Assembly: GCA_037379345.1 (NCBI GenBank)
Contig: CM074521.1
Location: forward strand, 19,492,704 to 19,556,703
Origin: Perna viridis
Lineage: Eukaryota
DNA length: 64,000 nucleotides
Direction: 5' to 3'
Below are positions 13,562 to 27,151 of this stretch, in pieces. Positions within the stretch are counted from its first letter, which is position 1; the number at the start of each line of letters is the position of its first letter. The translations under genes and the position numbers were made by a program. The notes below the pieces were generated by a model that saw only the letters and a list, made by a program, of their open reading frames with translations, did not search any database and was not told the origin of the DNA.

Positions 13562-15530
13562 GTTAAGGATAGATAACGGCATTATTTATACAGAGAATGT
13601 AAGTTTTGTATGGAGAAAGCTCTCCGTGCTTCAGTAGAGGTTGTATCTGGTAAGGAACCTCCATCTCTTGTGATTTCTTTGTTAGGTATGTCATTGTAAA
13701 GTATCAAAAACCTTCTCATCTTATGTCGCACACGTAGCTAAACAAAATCTATATTGATAGAATAAGGAGCTGTAAGATTTTTTTAAAAATGTAGGATTCA
13801 AATTTTTTAGAACAGAGTCAAAGTACTGATCTCCTGAGTCAACTGATGTGAAAGAGAATGATGTGCAACTTATATAAATTTCATTGCAATACATAACAGT
13901 AAATTGGCAAAAAATCCTAGTAGATAGTTGTAATATAAATTTAGACTTGAGTTATAGTGTCTGTCATTCTGTTGTTCATATTTTTTTTTCCATACAACAC
14001 CAGTCCAGAATTTTCTTAATAACTTGCTAAAGATTACCATATTAAAATGGTAATGAAAGAAAAAAAAAGGAGATATTTGATACAGCCATTCCTGGGGCTC
14101 GAATGAGTGTTTGATCATTGTGTGATTTTTTTGCTAAAGACACTTGTCACATTAAGGGTTAACTTCTGTGACAATTCAAATCTTTGATTTTAAATTGACA
14201 AGAAAGCAGGGAGATCAACATTCTTAATGGCAAAGAATTAGACATGCCAAATAGGATTTCTGAAGCTTATATCAGGAGATATGCAGAAAATGCTGAGTTT
14301 TATGTTTAACACATGTTGTAAACTTGGATCTATTGCTTGCTTAAGACAATTTTATTACTACATTGTAACTTTTGAATGACACAGTTGACTGATCAATACT
14401 CAGTTGTTATCTGTAATATTATCTGGGGCTGGCAGATAACTTTGTAGAGTCTACCCTTATCAGGGATTTACATGTGATATATCTGATACATGTACATGTA
14501 TTTTTGACATAGTGGTTACCACAATTACCTGGCACATTTAGAATTAACATTTAATTTTTGTAAGGTAAGAACAACTGACTTCATCAGATTTTTTTCTAGA
14601 GAAAGAAATTGTAGTATGGCATATCTAGAAAATCTTCTTCCTGTAGGTTTTAGGCTTAAGCTATTCTGATGCATTCATGTACTTGACTTGGTTTAGAAAA
14701 AATACTAGCAACGTGATGACATATTTGATTGCTGATCTTAAATGAAACCAAATAAGCATTTTTCAGTGGATTTTGGAAAACATTGTTGTGTTGTAGTTTG
14801 ACATCTATAAACATGTATTTCATGCATTGTAGGGAATGAAATTGATCAATGGCGTAGTCCCTACCTTTGTACTTAGAGTTAGGCTCCTTATTGTCAAAAT
14901 CAAAACAATGTTGCCAAAAGGAAGGCATTTTTTCCCAAGTCACATTACAAGCTCACCTGGTTTTCTAATTTGAAACTTATCAGCCATTACTCTATCTTTT
15001 ACATCATTTACATGTACATACTGCATGTTAGGCTATAGTGCATCTCATACTAACTTCTAGTATTTAAGTACTAAGACTGCTAGGAATCCAAAGTCCATCT
15101 AGATCATATGTGAATTAATTTTGAAAAAGTGATAAAAACCTAAAACTTTCTCGTCTTATAGGGAAAGAGTGTCCGCTAGATCCTACATATATTGGGACTG
15201 AATATAAATGGCATACACATGACATGCATAATTTGGAAGTGATTTTTTTCAACATTAACCCTGGCACATAATGGGTTTTTAAGGAAGCCTCATATATTCC
15301 TGATTTTTTGGACATACATATAATCAGTTATTTGAGCACAAATAGTATATTATCTGTACAGAACTTCTTTAAAAATTTTAATCTACAATTTTTGAATAGG
15401 AGAGTTATAATTAATTACATATGCAGCATAATCACAAATTTCACTGAAATCTAACTGAAGAAATCAGGAAGTTTGCATACATGTACCTTCTTTTGTTGTC
15501 TAGGCCTTTCAGAGCTTACTTAAAGGTGCC

Positions 15531-15630
15531 CTTACACTAATGTAGAAGACTTTTTAGTGATCTCAGAAAGTATTTACTATTTTGGTTTTATTTTATAGGT
15601 TGATGCATTTGTTGCATTTTATACCATATC
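15531..15630 (+). repeat. Dispersed repeat fragment with a second copy at about 38357-38455
   Basis: gaagac.tttt.gtgatctc.gaaagtatttactatttt is shared by both loci. Confidence 0.6.
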
Positions 15631-16572
15631 TACTTTTCATTGATTTCAAGATGTTAGTTTCTCTTTAATTGTATTATGTAAAAATAATCTCAAGGCTATT
15701 CAAGAGTGATGACCCAGTAACAGGTGTGTTCCCTATTCCTAATATGCAATGAATTCTTTGTTCCTTTTTGCCATTTAATATTTAAATATTACATGTTTAT
15801 GAAGATGTTATCACACTTTAAAGAATCTCTTGTTCTCATCTGTTTTCCTGCTCTCGGATGGAAATATTGATAGAAAATGAGCCCATTTTGGTAATTTTGT
15901 TGATAGTATCGGAACCTATATGCAAGGAAAGATGCATATTTAAATATAGGGTGTTATGGTTGTAGTATTCAAAGTAGGATTTTATTTCCATTCATACAGT
16001 TACTGAGCTTTGATGAGCTGCATTCATAGTGTTTAAACTTGCTGCTGACTGGACCAAATGGCATGTGGGGTGGTAACATAGGTACAACACTTCTGCCAAA
16101 CTTTGGCCATCATCTTTAAGCTCCCCCATGAATGGTTAAGTTGGCTAATTTCTGACTCAATTGGTCACAATTAAACTGGTCCCTGATTAACCTAGGAACC
16201 CTTGTAAACCTTCATGTTTTGTCTTTCCTATCAGATAATACCTGTTCTAACTGAAAACCAATTTTCTGTTCTGAAGGGATCTGGATTAAGTAGTTTTTTT
16301 TCCCCATGGGTCATAAAATAGGACCAGCCAACTAGTCCAGGAGAAGTAAGTTTTCAGTAGGATTAGAAGAGTGAATTTAGGCAAGTTCTATTTTCCTTTT
16401 GGTCAATAAAATTTAGTTAAGGATTGGTTATTTTAATTGTCTATTAGCCTTTTTAGCAACCTTCAAAAAATTTGCTTTTGCAACTTAAGTTTGTCAAAAG
16501 GAATAGGACTTTCTCTAACAGCTACCATTTTATCTTCAGTCTTCTTGTATCCTTGATCAGCCTATTATATAT

Positions 16573-17610
16573 GTATAGTTGAGTGTGGTGGACCTATATT
16601 CTTAGGGATACTTTACACATATACGGTTGAGTGTGGTGGACTTGTATTCTCAGGAATACTTTACACATGTACAGTTGAGTGTGGTGGACTTGTATTCTTA
16701 GGGATACTTTACATATATACGGTTGAGTTTGGGGGATTTGTATTCTCAGGAATACTTTACCCATGTAAGGTTGAGTGTATTGGACTTGTATTCTCAGGAT
16801 ACTTTACACGTGTATGGTTGAGTGTGGTGGACTTGTATTCTCAGGGATACTTTACACATGTATGGTTGAGTGTAGTGGACTTGTATTCTCAGTGATACTT
16901 TACACGTGTATGGTTAAGTGTGGTGGACTTGTATTCTCAGTGATACTTTACACGTGTATGGTTAAGTGTGGTGGACTTGTATTCTCAGTGATACTTTATA
17001 CTTGTATGGTTAAGTGTGGTGGACTTGTATTCTCAGGGATATTTTACACATATACAGTTGAGTGTGGTGGTCTTAATCTCAGAGATATTTTAGGTATGTA
17101 TGGTTGAGTGTGGTGGACTGGTTATCTCAGGAATGTTTCACAGTTGTAATGGACTTGTAATCTCAGGGATATTTTAGGTATGTACGGTTGAGTGTGGTGG
17201 TCTGATTATCTCAGGGATATTTTACATTTGTAGTGGACTTGTAATCTCAGGGATATTTCCATATGTATGGTTGAGTGTGGTGGACTTGATATCTCAGGGA
17301 TATTTTACATTTGTAGTGGACTTATAATCTCAGGGATATCTTCTATCTCGCATATCTTCTATAATTTTCGACAATGTACCTATATTGTATATATGTATGG
17401 TTGAGTGTGGTGGACTCATCTCAGGAATATTTTACATATGTAGTGGATTTGTAATCTCAGAGATTTTTCCTTATGTATTGTTGAGTGTGGTGAACTTGTT
17501 TTCTCAGGGATATTTGACATAAGTACAGTTGAGTGTAGTGGACTTGTTATCTCAGAGATATTTCTCATATGTAAGGTTGAGTGTGGTGGAGTTGTTTTCT
17601 TGGGGATATT
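16573..17610. repeat. 48-bp minisatellite (about 22 units), distal part mixed with a ~35-bp deletion variant
   Basis: Unit tggttgagtgtggtggacttgtattctcagggatactttacacgtgta. Confidence 0.95.
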
Positions 17611-20567
17611 TTTTCAACATAAAATACTCAAAACATGTAACAACTTGCTTCAAACAGAGTTAATCTACAATTTAAGAAGATCCTATATGTTTTGAAATAC
17701 ACATAGACTGCTGAAATGAGCAAAGTTAGTATTTGTAACATTCTCCAAACAGAATTTGTTCATGTATCCTATTATGTACTTGCAAAGAAGTCTCTTACTG
17801 ATCCTGATGTCTATTAAATTATCTTTTTTCTTGGTATGGCTACCAAAATCTAACCATTAATTTGTCTCCAAGTACTGCATCCTTTCAATCAAAACTGTCC
17901 TTTAGATTATTCTTTTACTAGTAATCAAAATTATTTATGGGTTATTTCCCTTTGATACAACAGTAAACAAAAACACATAATAGTAGTTCATGCACTTGCA
18001 ATCAAAATAAGGTATTGTTTTATGAGAAACCTGAGCAATAATATGTTAATATGATACGAGGTTTGCTTTTTATAGTTTATTCAGGTGAAACCCAAGGTCT
18101 ACTTGTTAATTTTATTTTTTGTAGGTCAAGGACATTTATATTGTTCAATAAAAAGTGAGGTTAAAGGCTGTTTGATCATTGATTTTTTTTTCTGTGTCCT
18201 TTCAGCTATTCCCTGTTGACTGTTCCACAAGCTCTTAATAATTTGTGTTTGGTATTTAAGCCTAGTTTTAAGATTATCATTAGGAGTGAAGATTACAGTG
18301 ACTGGGGGATTGTCTCTAAATAAAGGCATTGTGATGAAAAAAAGAGAATTGGCCAATTTTATTGATATTCAGAATTTCATTGAGACATTATTTAACAATC
18401 TAATGTAAAAAAAATGATTTCAGCTGAAATATGATATATGGTACATGGCTTCCTCTCATCCAATTCACCATTGGAATTTGAATATGTGAATTTTGTGTGG
18501 TGGATACCAGTACTTTCAGAGCATATATTTCCTATTTTCATCTGCCAATCTGTGTGTGGCAATTTCTAGTTAAGTCGAAATTCTTTGCTTGGAATTTGGA
18601 CATTTTTTCAACTTTCTCCTGAATTCTTAAAGTAAAAAAGGAATTGATCAGGCTTTATTATATTTAAACAATGACTGCCAATTGCTATAAATGTTTTCAT
18701 AAAGCTTAAGGGTCTTTTTAGTATGCCATGCTCATGGATATTAGAGGTCACAACTTATCAGAGTGATCTGTTTCAATAATGCCTTGTAAAACCCCCCAAA
18801 AAATGTTGGCACAGAAAAACAACATAAGATCACACTGTTATTTTGAAGGAAATAGAAGATCTTTTTTTCAGAATTATGGCTAATGAAGTCATGTGAGTCT
18901 AAGTGAAATGGAAGTACATCTACCTTGGTATTTAACAACTTTCAAGATAAGTCTTGATTCCATGGAGAATTATCAACTTATTCTACACAATTAACTTTCT
19001 ATTACCTGACACCATGTTGTGTATAGCTTTAACACCCATTATTAACTTGTACATGGTACACTCATGCTGTGTTATGTTTAAGGAGCTTTTTGTAATATGC
19101 ACATTTAACTGGCACATGATGTAATATATCAATTATTTTCCCATTGCTTTGAGAATTTTTATAATGGCCAAGTAGTCCTCTTAATATATAGGTTTTTCTT
19201 GTACATATTTATTATTAGAACTTACAAGAGTTGATGTCCTTAGTTGCTGTGTATATGTTGATTAGGTCAGTCATTGAATTTATTTGTGTATTATGTTATT
19301 TTAATTACTACTTTTCTGTTGTGATAGATGACAGTTATCATAATGGTACAGAAGTCATAAAAATGTTTGAAAGAGTGATGTTATTGTAAGACTTATTTCC
19401 CTTAAAGGACAGAAGTGAAGCCATAGAGTATTTGTTTAGTTAAATCATTCTTTCACTTTCCATTCTCTTATGTAGTGGGCATTCTTTGTGGTAAAAGAGC
19501 AGGCAACTTGCCTATTCATTACAGTTTTAAAACTTTGTTGCAATAAATAGCTATGAGCTGTCTAAAAAAAATGGGGAAAACAAATCTAATGCATTAATAA
19601 ATTTTCTATGTATTAAATAAATATTTCAAGTATAATTGTAAAATGTCTGTGCTCCAAGCTAATGTTGTTAATTGGAAAAAATCCTTGGAATTATATAGGC
19701 ATTAAGTATCACTGACCTAGAATTTATACTACTTGGTTATATATTTTATGCTGTACAGACCTAAGGTAGAAATTTGTCCATTAGGGACAGCTGTATGTTA
19801 CTGATTATAAATAGGAATAGTCTCCAATCTCATGAGTTAGGCAAGGAATAGACACAGTTTATGCAAAGGTTTATTGTGTAAACATATCCCACCAATTTTA
19901 ATGTTAAAGGATATCAGCAAATTTAAACTTTCCAATATTTTTTTTAACAATATTTTTTATATGAATTTTTTTGTCACTGACATTATTAAATTGAAAATCA
20001 ACATAAAATCAAACAGACATTCAGTGAAATAATTTTGTTAATTTATTTGGCATCCCTTAGTGTTTCTTCCTAGAAAACATTTTGATAATCAAATTTATGG
20101 AACTTGCCTGCCTCTGGCTTCTGCAAAACACAAACTAATGTATTATGTCAGACTAATGGCCTTCATGTCACATATTTATCAATTAAGTAGTGTCTATCTG
20201 ACTTGATTTGAGGATTCCTCGTTTTCTGACAATTATTGATGAGCTTTTTGAGGGATATTTAAAGATATAATAGTAATTATAACACCACATAACATTAGAC
20301 AATATTTCAAGACAAGGTCACAGTATTTGTTAAAGATATACAAGATTTTAATCCTAAAGCCATAAAAATGGGTTTGTTAAGACAAAAAATGTGCTTAATA
20401 TGAACAAAAAAATTTCTAAATCAACTTATATCCTCTCCTTTAGATGCGTCAGGGCTTAAACTAGAAGAATCCAATTAAGGCAAAGTTTAGATGACCATAG
20501 AATGAGACCCTTCAGCAACACCATGTCCTGATTCTGGGCCAAGAAAGTTCTCTTCACAAAAAGAAAA

Positions 20568-21892
20568 TTTGTTTTTGTCCATTGGTATTTCCCGCATTGT
20601 TTTGTCCATGGGTATTTCCAACATTGTTTTGTCCATGGGTATTTCCAGCATTGTTTTGTCCATTGGTATTTCCAGCATTGTTTTTGTTCATTGGTATTTC
20701 CAGCATTATTTTTGTACATTGGTATTTTTAGCATTGTTTTTGTCCATTGGTATTTCCAGCATTGTTATGTCCATTGGTATTTCCTGCATTGTTTTTGTCC
20801 ATTGGTATTTCCAGTATTGTTTTGTCCATTGGTATTTACAGCATTGTTTTGTCCATTGATATTTCCCGCATTGTTTTTGTCCATTGGTATTTACAGCATT
20901 GTTTTTGTCCATTGGTATTTCCAGTATTGTTTTGTCCATTGGTATTTCCATCATTGTTTTGTCCATAGGTTTTTCCAGCATTGTTTTTTGTCCATTGATA
21001 TTTCCAGCATTGTTATGCCCATTGGTATTTCCAGCATGCTTTTATCCATGGGTATTTCCAGCATTGTTTTGTCCATTGGTATTTCCAGCATGTTTTATCC
21101 ATGGGTATTTCCAGCATTGTTTTTGTTCATTGGTATTTCCAGCATTGTTTTTGTACATTGGTATTTTTAGCATTGTTTTTGTCCATTGGTATTTCCAGCA
21201 TTGTTATGTCCATTGGTATTTCCTGCATTGTTTTTGTCCATTGGTATTTCCAGTATTGTTTTGTCCATTGGTATTTACAGCATTGTTTTGTCCATTGATA
21301 TTTCTCGCATTGTTTTTGTCCATTGGTATTTACAGCATTGTTTTTGTCCATTGGTATTTCCAGTATTGTTTTGTCCATTGGTATTTACAGCATTGTTTTT
21401 GTCCATTGGTATTTCCAGTATTGTTTTGTCCATTGGTATTTACAGCATTGTTTTGTCCATTGGTATTTCCATCATTGTTTTGTCCATAGGTTTTTCCAGC
21501 ATTGTTTTTTGTCCATTGGTATTTCCATCATTGTTTTGTCCATCTGTATTTCCAGCATTGTTTTTTGTCCATTGATATTTCCAGCATTGTTATGCCCATT
21601 GGTATTTCCAGCATGCTTTTATCCATGGGTATTTCCAGCATTGTTTTGTCCATTGGTATTTCCAGCATGTTTTATCCATGGGTATTTCCAGCATTGTTTT
21701 TTCCATTGGTATTTCCAGTGTGTTTTATCCATGGGTATTTCCAGCATTGATTTTTCCATTGGTATTTCCAGTGTGTTTTATCCATGGGTATTTCCAGCAT
21801 TGATTTTTCCATTGGTATTTCCAGTGTGTTTTATCCATGGGTATTTCCAGCATTGTTTTGTCCATTGGTATTTCCAGCATTGTTTTGTCCAT
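20568..21892. repeat. 27-29 bp minisatellite (about 48 units) with higher-order duplication
   Basis: Unit tccattggtatttccagcattgttttg. It accounts for all ORFs between 20456 and 21934. Confidence 0.97.
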
Positions 21893-21977
21893 CAGTTGCC
21901 TCTCATGTTTATGTTAGATATTGCTACTTTTTAATAACCATATGAAGAAAGTCATATTGATTTTTAATGAAAATTGT

Positions 21978-22121
21978 AATAGTACCTGCTTTAGGGTAAA
22001 TAGTACCTGCTTTAGGGTAAATAGTACCTGCTTTAAGGTAAATAGTACCTGCTTTAGGGTAAATAGTACCTGCTTTAGGGTAAATAGTACGTAAATAGTA
22101 CCTGCTTTAGGGTAAATAGTA
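21978..22121. repeat. 21-bp tandem repeat (about 6.5 units)
   Basis: Unit aatagtacctgctttagggta. Confidence 0.95.
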
Positions 22122-22589
22122 TTTTATGTCTACAGCATATTTTTTATACCTCATGGCAGGGAATAAAAATTGTTTATGGTATACTCAGTTTTGAACTTCT
22201 ATTACCATTCCCTTACATAGTGATGTTGAGAGGAGATATTGTTTCTCTCAACTTCTGAATAATATTTATTATATTTGCCATCTGTCATTTATCAATAAGG
22301 GTCATATTGGTCGCTGTATAGACAGGATGTAGAAATTAGCTAGAATTAATAATTCCAAAATTACTTGACAAGTTTTTCCTGTATCTTGGGTATTGTCCAC
22401 AGAGTTTGACCAATCGATTGTATACTGGGCAATCAGGAGAGATTTATTAGTTATTTGTATTTGGGAGAGGGCATAAAATAAAAGGTCATACAATGCAGTT
22501 TTGTCAATATTTCATTCAATCTGTATTCTCTAGTTTAACAGTTAAACTACTATAATCAATTGCTTGTAGAGTAATATTCTAATGGTGTA

Positions 22590-22725
22590 TATAGTGAACT
22601 ACCTCTCATGATCATATGTAACAGGTGGTCTTTATATACAGGTAAACTTTACCAAGAATGCACTACTAAGGGATAGTTTGAAGACAGGTTATTGCTAAAT
22701 ACTGGTGGTCACAAAGACAGATATG
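22590..22725 (-). mobile_element. Fragment of the same MITE family without the tandem expansion
   Basis: acaggtggtctttatatacaggtaaac...aagacaggttattgctaaatactggtggtcac. Confidence 0.55.
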
Positions 22726-25645
22726 TATCTTGTTTTCACATGCATTGTCAGATAGCTTAATTTTCATTCTTTGTTACCCTATATGGTCCCTCATTCCAGT
22801 AAACCCTGAAATTTTTCTTGGCTGTTTTATTTTCACTGTATCTGTGGTAATACCTGTTATGCAAAAATAACACTAATTTTGATACATTTACCATTATTTA
22901 CAAGATTATTATTAAATAGTGGTTTAATACAAGCTTTCTCTGTTTTAGATCAAGATATTTAAATAAGGTCATATTGTCCAGTAATGTAATGGGATTATTT
23001 AATGTCAGTGTGAACATTGAGGCTAATCCGTCCAATATAACGATCTCTGTACATACAATTCAGTAGTTACTACCAAATTGGATAAGCATCTCCTAACAAG
23101 ATAATTCATTATATTGCTCAAGCTATATTGAGCTTGTTAATCTCCTCATTTCATTCTAGTAGTTACCATGACCTTTGCAAGATAAATAGATTCCTGTTTT
23201 TCTGTTGAGCAGAACTAAAAATGGACTTAAAAGACAACATGATTTCAAATTGTTTACAACTTTAGATCACACACAGAGATGTTTGTTTTCATACAAATAT
23301 ACCGCTTAGCAATGAAGCAATGTAATGACTAAATGGTGCATTTCCTCAGTTTTAAAGTATGGTTTCTATTGTATTTTTCTTACTGGTGCTTTGGAACAAT
23401 GAGGAGACTTCTGGATGATTTTGTCCTTCACAGTTCTACATCCAGATGTTATTGAGCAGCAAATTAGCCTTATGGTGCGTTTCCTGCACATAATACTAGA
23501 GTAGTTAAGCCTGATTAGTCTTTATACCACTTCATTACCTCATTTCTAATTTTCTGGCGTCTTTTGCTCATGGTAATAAAGGGAGGTAATGAGCTATTAA
23601 GTTAAAGTTTAGAACAATCAAACTACTGTTGAAGGAGCTCACTGTAAACAATGCCTCTTTTTGTAAGCATGATTAACTGTGGTATTATCTCTCCACAAGT
23701 AAACAACTTCTGAAATCTTTCAAACACATGGTTCAGAAATGATTTCTCTTCCATGACAAGGATTTAAATGCAGCGTGAATTTTATTTTATACTTTATAAA
23801 CTCTGAGTGCATGTATCAGTCTATTTAGAAATCTTGCTAAAACCAATGCAGTAAATTACAATCCAACATTCATTTTTTTTTTATTTTAGAAAACATGACT
23901 TTTTTTTTTTCTTTTTTATCTTAAATGGATGAAAATCATTAAATTATTTTAAAAAAAATTGCCATGCTCGAGCCACTGACTGGGTTGTCCACCGCAGATA
24001 CCACTTAAGTTGTAAGTAACTTGTTAAAAGATGCTTTGATCAGCTGTTTGTTTTTTTAAGGTAGTTCATTAGACAATTGAATTAAGGGTCACATCTGGTG
24101 CTCATGTGATGTTTTCTATTGATTTGGTGCCTCATTAGCAAGTAATATCAAGTTTCATCTGAATCATTTAGTAACATCTTTTCATGTGTAAATAATTGTA
24201 GATTTTTAACCTTAGCATTTGTTGATGCAGCTGGCAGTTAATTTTTGAAAGCTGGAAAATAAGTTGAAGTAGGCCTACACAATTCATGCAGTTATCTTCC
24301 AAAAAAGATTTCTTATATATTTTGCAACTCAACAAATTTACACAAAGTCATGATCAAATTATAATTACTGATTTTGTTATTTCAGCTTTTTAGCTAGTGT
24401 AATTTGAAGTATCATTTTTACTTTTAGCTAGTGTGAATAAAAGTACATTATTTATAGCCTTTTAGCTAGTGTCAGTGTTTTGGCATGCTTCAAACGTCTA
24501 TCTGGCCAGATCAAGTGGTATCATTCAATTAACAATTACAAGTTTTGTCTTGCTAAAATTTAGGAGAAAAAATTATGAAAACACTGAGTGTGATTAAAAG
24601 TACATTATTTTTATCTTTTAAAAGTGACATTATTTATTAAAAAGCATTTATTGTTAGGACTTTAATATTCCAGGTTTTTTACTCAATTTTTCCAAGAAAT
24701 TGACTACTACTTTCGCTATAAATGCTTTAAAAACCTTTTATCTTCTAAAAAGAACATAGCTAGTATGAAGTAATGAAATCCCATGGCAGGAAAAAGCTGT
24801 TTTGTAAAAGTTCAAAAAGGTATTGATGTGCATTTGTTGTAAGCAAACATAATGGTTATAAAATTTTCCTGCTGACATTAGCAGTCTATAACTGTCACAT
24901 AGGGTGCTGATTATGTAATGCTTTAAATAAAATTGCTGAATTGGTAAAACAGTTACTTAGGCCAAAACAAACAATTTCAATAGCTGGTTTTTTTTTCGTG
25001 ATCAAACTGAATTTCAATGAAATTTTGTATTCAATCGAATGTGTATCTGCCTTTCTTTATCGTGTATCTCTGTTTGTTTGTCTGTCCATTCATTAATTTG
25101 ATCAAGGAATATAATGACGTAGGGAGAATGTTATCGTGATGGAAGGACACTCCTATTGGGTTTTTTATAACCCCGACTCCAAATTTTTCATTTCTAGATC
25201 TGAAAGTCTTTTTCTGCAAGGAGTTCTATTATCTGAAATTTTCAATGCTTTTAACAATTCCTTTTATTTAGATCAATGCTTTACCAATACCAAAAAATAA
25301 CGTCTGTTTTCTGCTACCCTTTCTACCTTAATGTTGTGCCTACCCAAAATGTTTTATGGCCATTTTGGCTCAAGCAATGTTAAAGTATAGATTGTTTCTC
25401 CATTAACTCAATGTAAAATGTTTTTTGAAAAATAAAATATAACTTCCCTAACTACCTACTCTATTTTTTTTCTTGCTTGTAGCAGGAAACAATATCTTTT
25501 TGGCATAATGGTTTATATGTAGTTTGAAACTTTGGTAGCCTGAACAGTAAAAAATTGTACTTCCAGCACATTTTCAAGGGTATCAAATTTGATAACGTTG
25601 AGATAAAGTGTATGTATTGGGGAAAAATAGAGAAATTTGATTTAA

Positions 25646-25830
25646 GGTGGTAGACCTTGGGTAAGGGACACAACTCTTACAAATCATTCAAATGTTTATA
25701 TTCACCATTTTACATCAAACTCATGTAATGTTTCAAAGGAAAGCATGAAAGGCTTTGGTGAAATTGAATATGATACAGACATATCACTGATTATTTCAAG
25801 AGCTATGTCCCTTGCCCTAGGTCTACCTTC
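25646..25830 (-). mobile_element. Kolobok-like MITE, same family, inverted and internally deleted
   Basis: TTAA|GGTGGTAGACC...GGTCTACCTTC|TTAA. Confidence 0.82.
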
Positions 25831-26794
25831 TTAAAATTGATAATTTGAACATCAGTTATTAGATGAAAGATAATAAACCATCCATGACATTGATAACATC
25901 CTGTTACAGCTGGTTACATAATAGAGACACAATTCAACATATTATTCCACTATGTTATTTGAGCCATTGAGAAATTAAGTTTTATCACATCAATTCTTCT
26001 GTCTTTAGATTTCAATGACTTCAATTTCAATTGAAAACAAATCTTCTATAATGCCAAGAAGTGACATTTTAAATTAGATTTTCATCTCTTGAGTGAACTA
26101 CCGCTAGATTTCAGTGTTCAACTTGGAAACAAAATTATCTTAATGCAATAATACCTATCATATAAAAAATGTGAGCAATTAGTAATGCTTTAAATGTATT
26201 TTTCCTGCATTTTAGAACATGATTTGATACAATAATAGATTTCCAAACTTAGATCTTAAATTTTTATTTGCAAAAGGCTTATACGACGTGACACACTGAG
26301 GTTCTTGTGTCAGAAAAATAAAAAAAATATCATATATTGTGTATTTGTCGAAGGTTTAGAACCAAATTTATAACTCTCTTCATGTTAAATTTCTAACCAG
26401 CATTTGATCTTTGTTTTTTATGGTGTATTTCTGCAGTGTCACTTAGTAGCATGAAGAGATTGATCAATTATAAATGATTGACTTCAGTGGTGCTTTGGTT
26501 TGCCTACAGGATCAAAAGGGATGACTGTGACTGATGTGACATAACTTAATGCTTTATTGTGAGAATTAGTCTATAGATGGAAGAATTCCTCCTTCTCAGG
26601 AGAAATGAAAGCATTGTTAATAGTGGGGCCTATTGAATCACCAGAGAATTTATGATTTGATGACTAGTTCTGTTATATAAATGGTGATTCATAACAAGAG
26701 ATTATGTTATATGGTTTGAGGTCTGTCAAGTTTCAGTTTGAGATGCCAATGTCTATGTTTTGCTGGAGCTTGTTAAGGTAATAATTAGTGAACT

Positions 26795-27151
26795 CAGAGG
26801 ACCCTACCGGTGCACTTGATCCATGCTCCTTGTTTTTAGTGGAGTCTTATTTACTTTTGTTTCTTTTTGTACATGATATTTTGGTTATTTCACGCTCTTA
26901 GTTGTGTGTGTGTGTCTTTTTGTGCATGATATTTTGGTTTTTTTCACGTTCTTTGTTGTGTGTGTGTCTTTTTGTGCGTGATATTTTGTTTTTTTTTCAC
27001 GTTCTTTGTTGTGTGTGTGTCTTTTTGTGTATGATATTTTGGTTATTTCATGTTCTTTGTCGTGTCTGTGTCAATTTTCCTTGTCTATTCTTTATTCATG
27101 GATAATGTTCTTTTGATTACTGTTGAAATCTGGGTTCACTTGATTACCCTT
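26795..27151 (+). mobile_element. Copy of the 48566 repeat with an internal ~50-bp tandem expansion (about 4 units)
   Basis: accctaccggtgcacttgatccatgctcc head, repeated tttttgtgcatgatattttggtt..cacgttctttgttgtgtgtg, and the family 3' end. Confidence 0.75.

Noticed and set aside
20456-21934. Cluster of long overlapping ORFs (up to 203 aa)
   Set aside because: Stop-free frames of the 27-bp minisatellite on both strands with periodic peptides.
20568-22121. CRISPR-like appearance of regular repeats
   Set aside because: Units are head-to-tail with no unique spacers, there are no cas genes, and the context is a eukaryotic intron.
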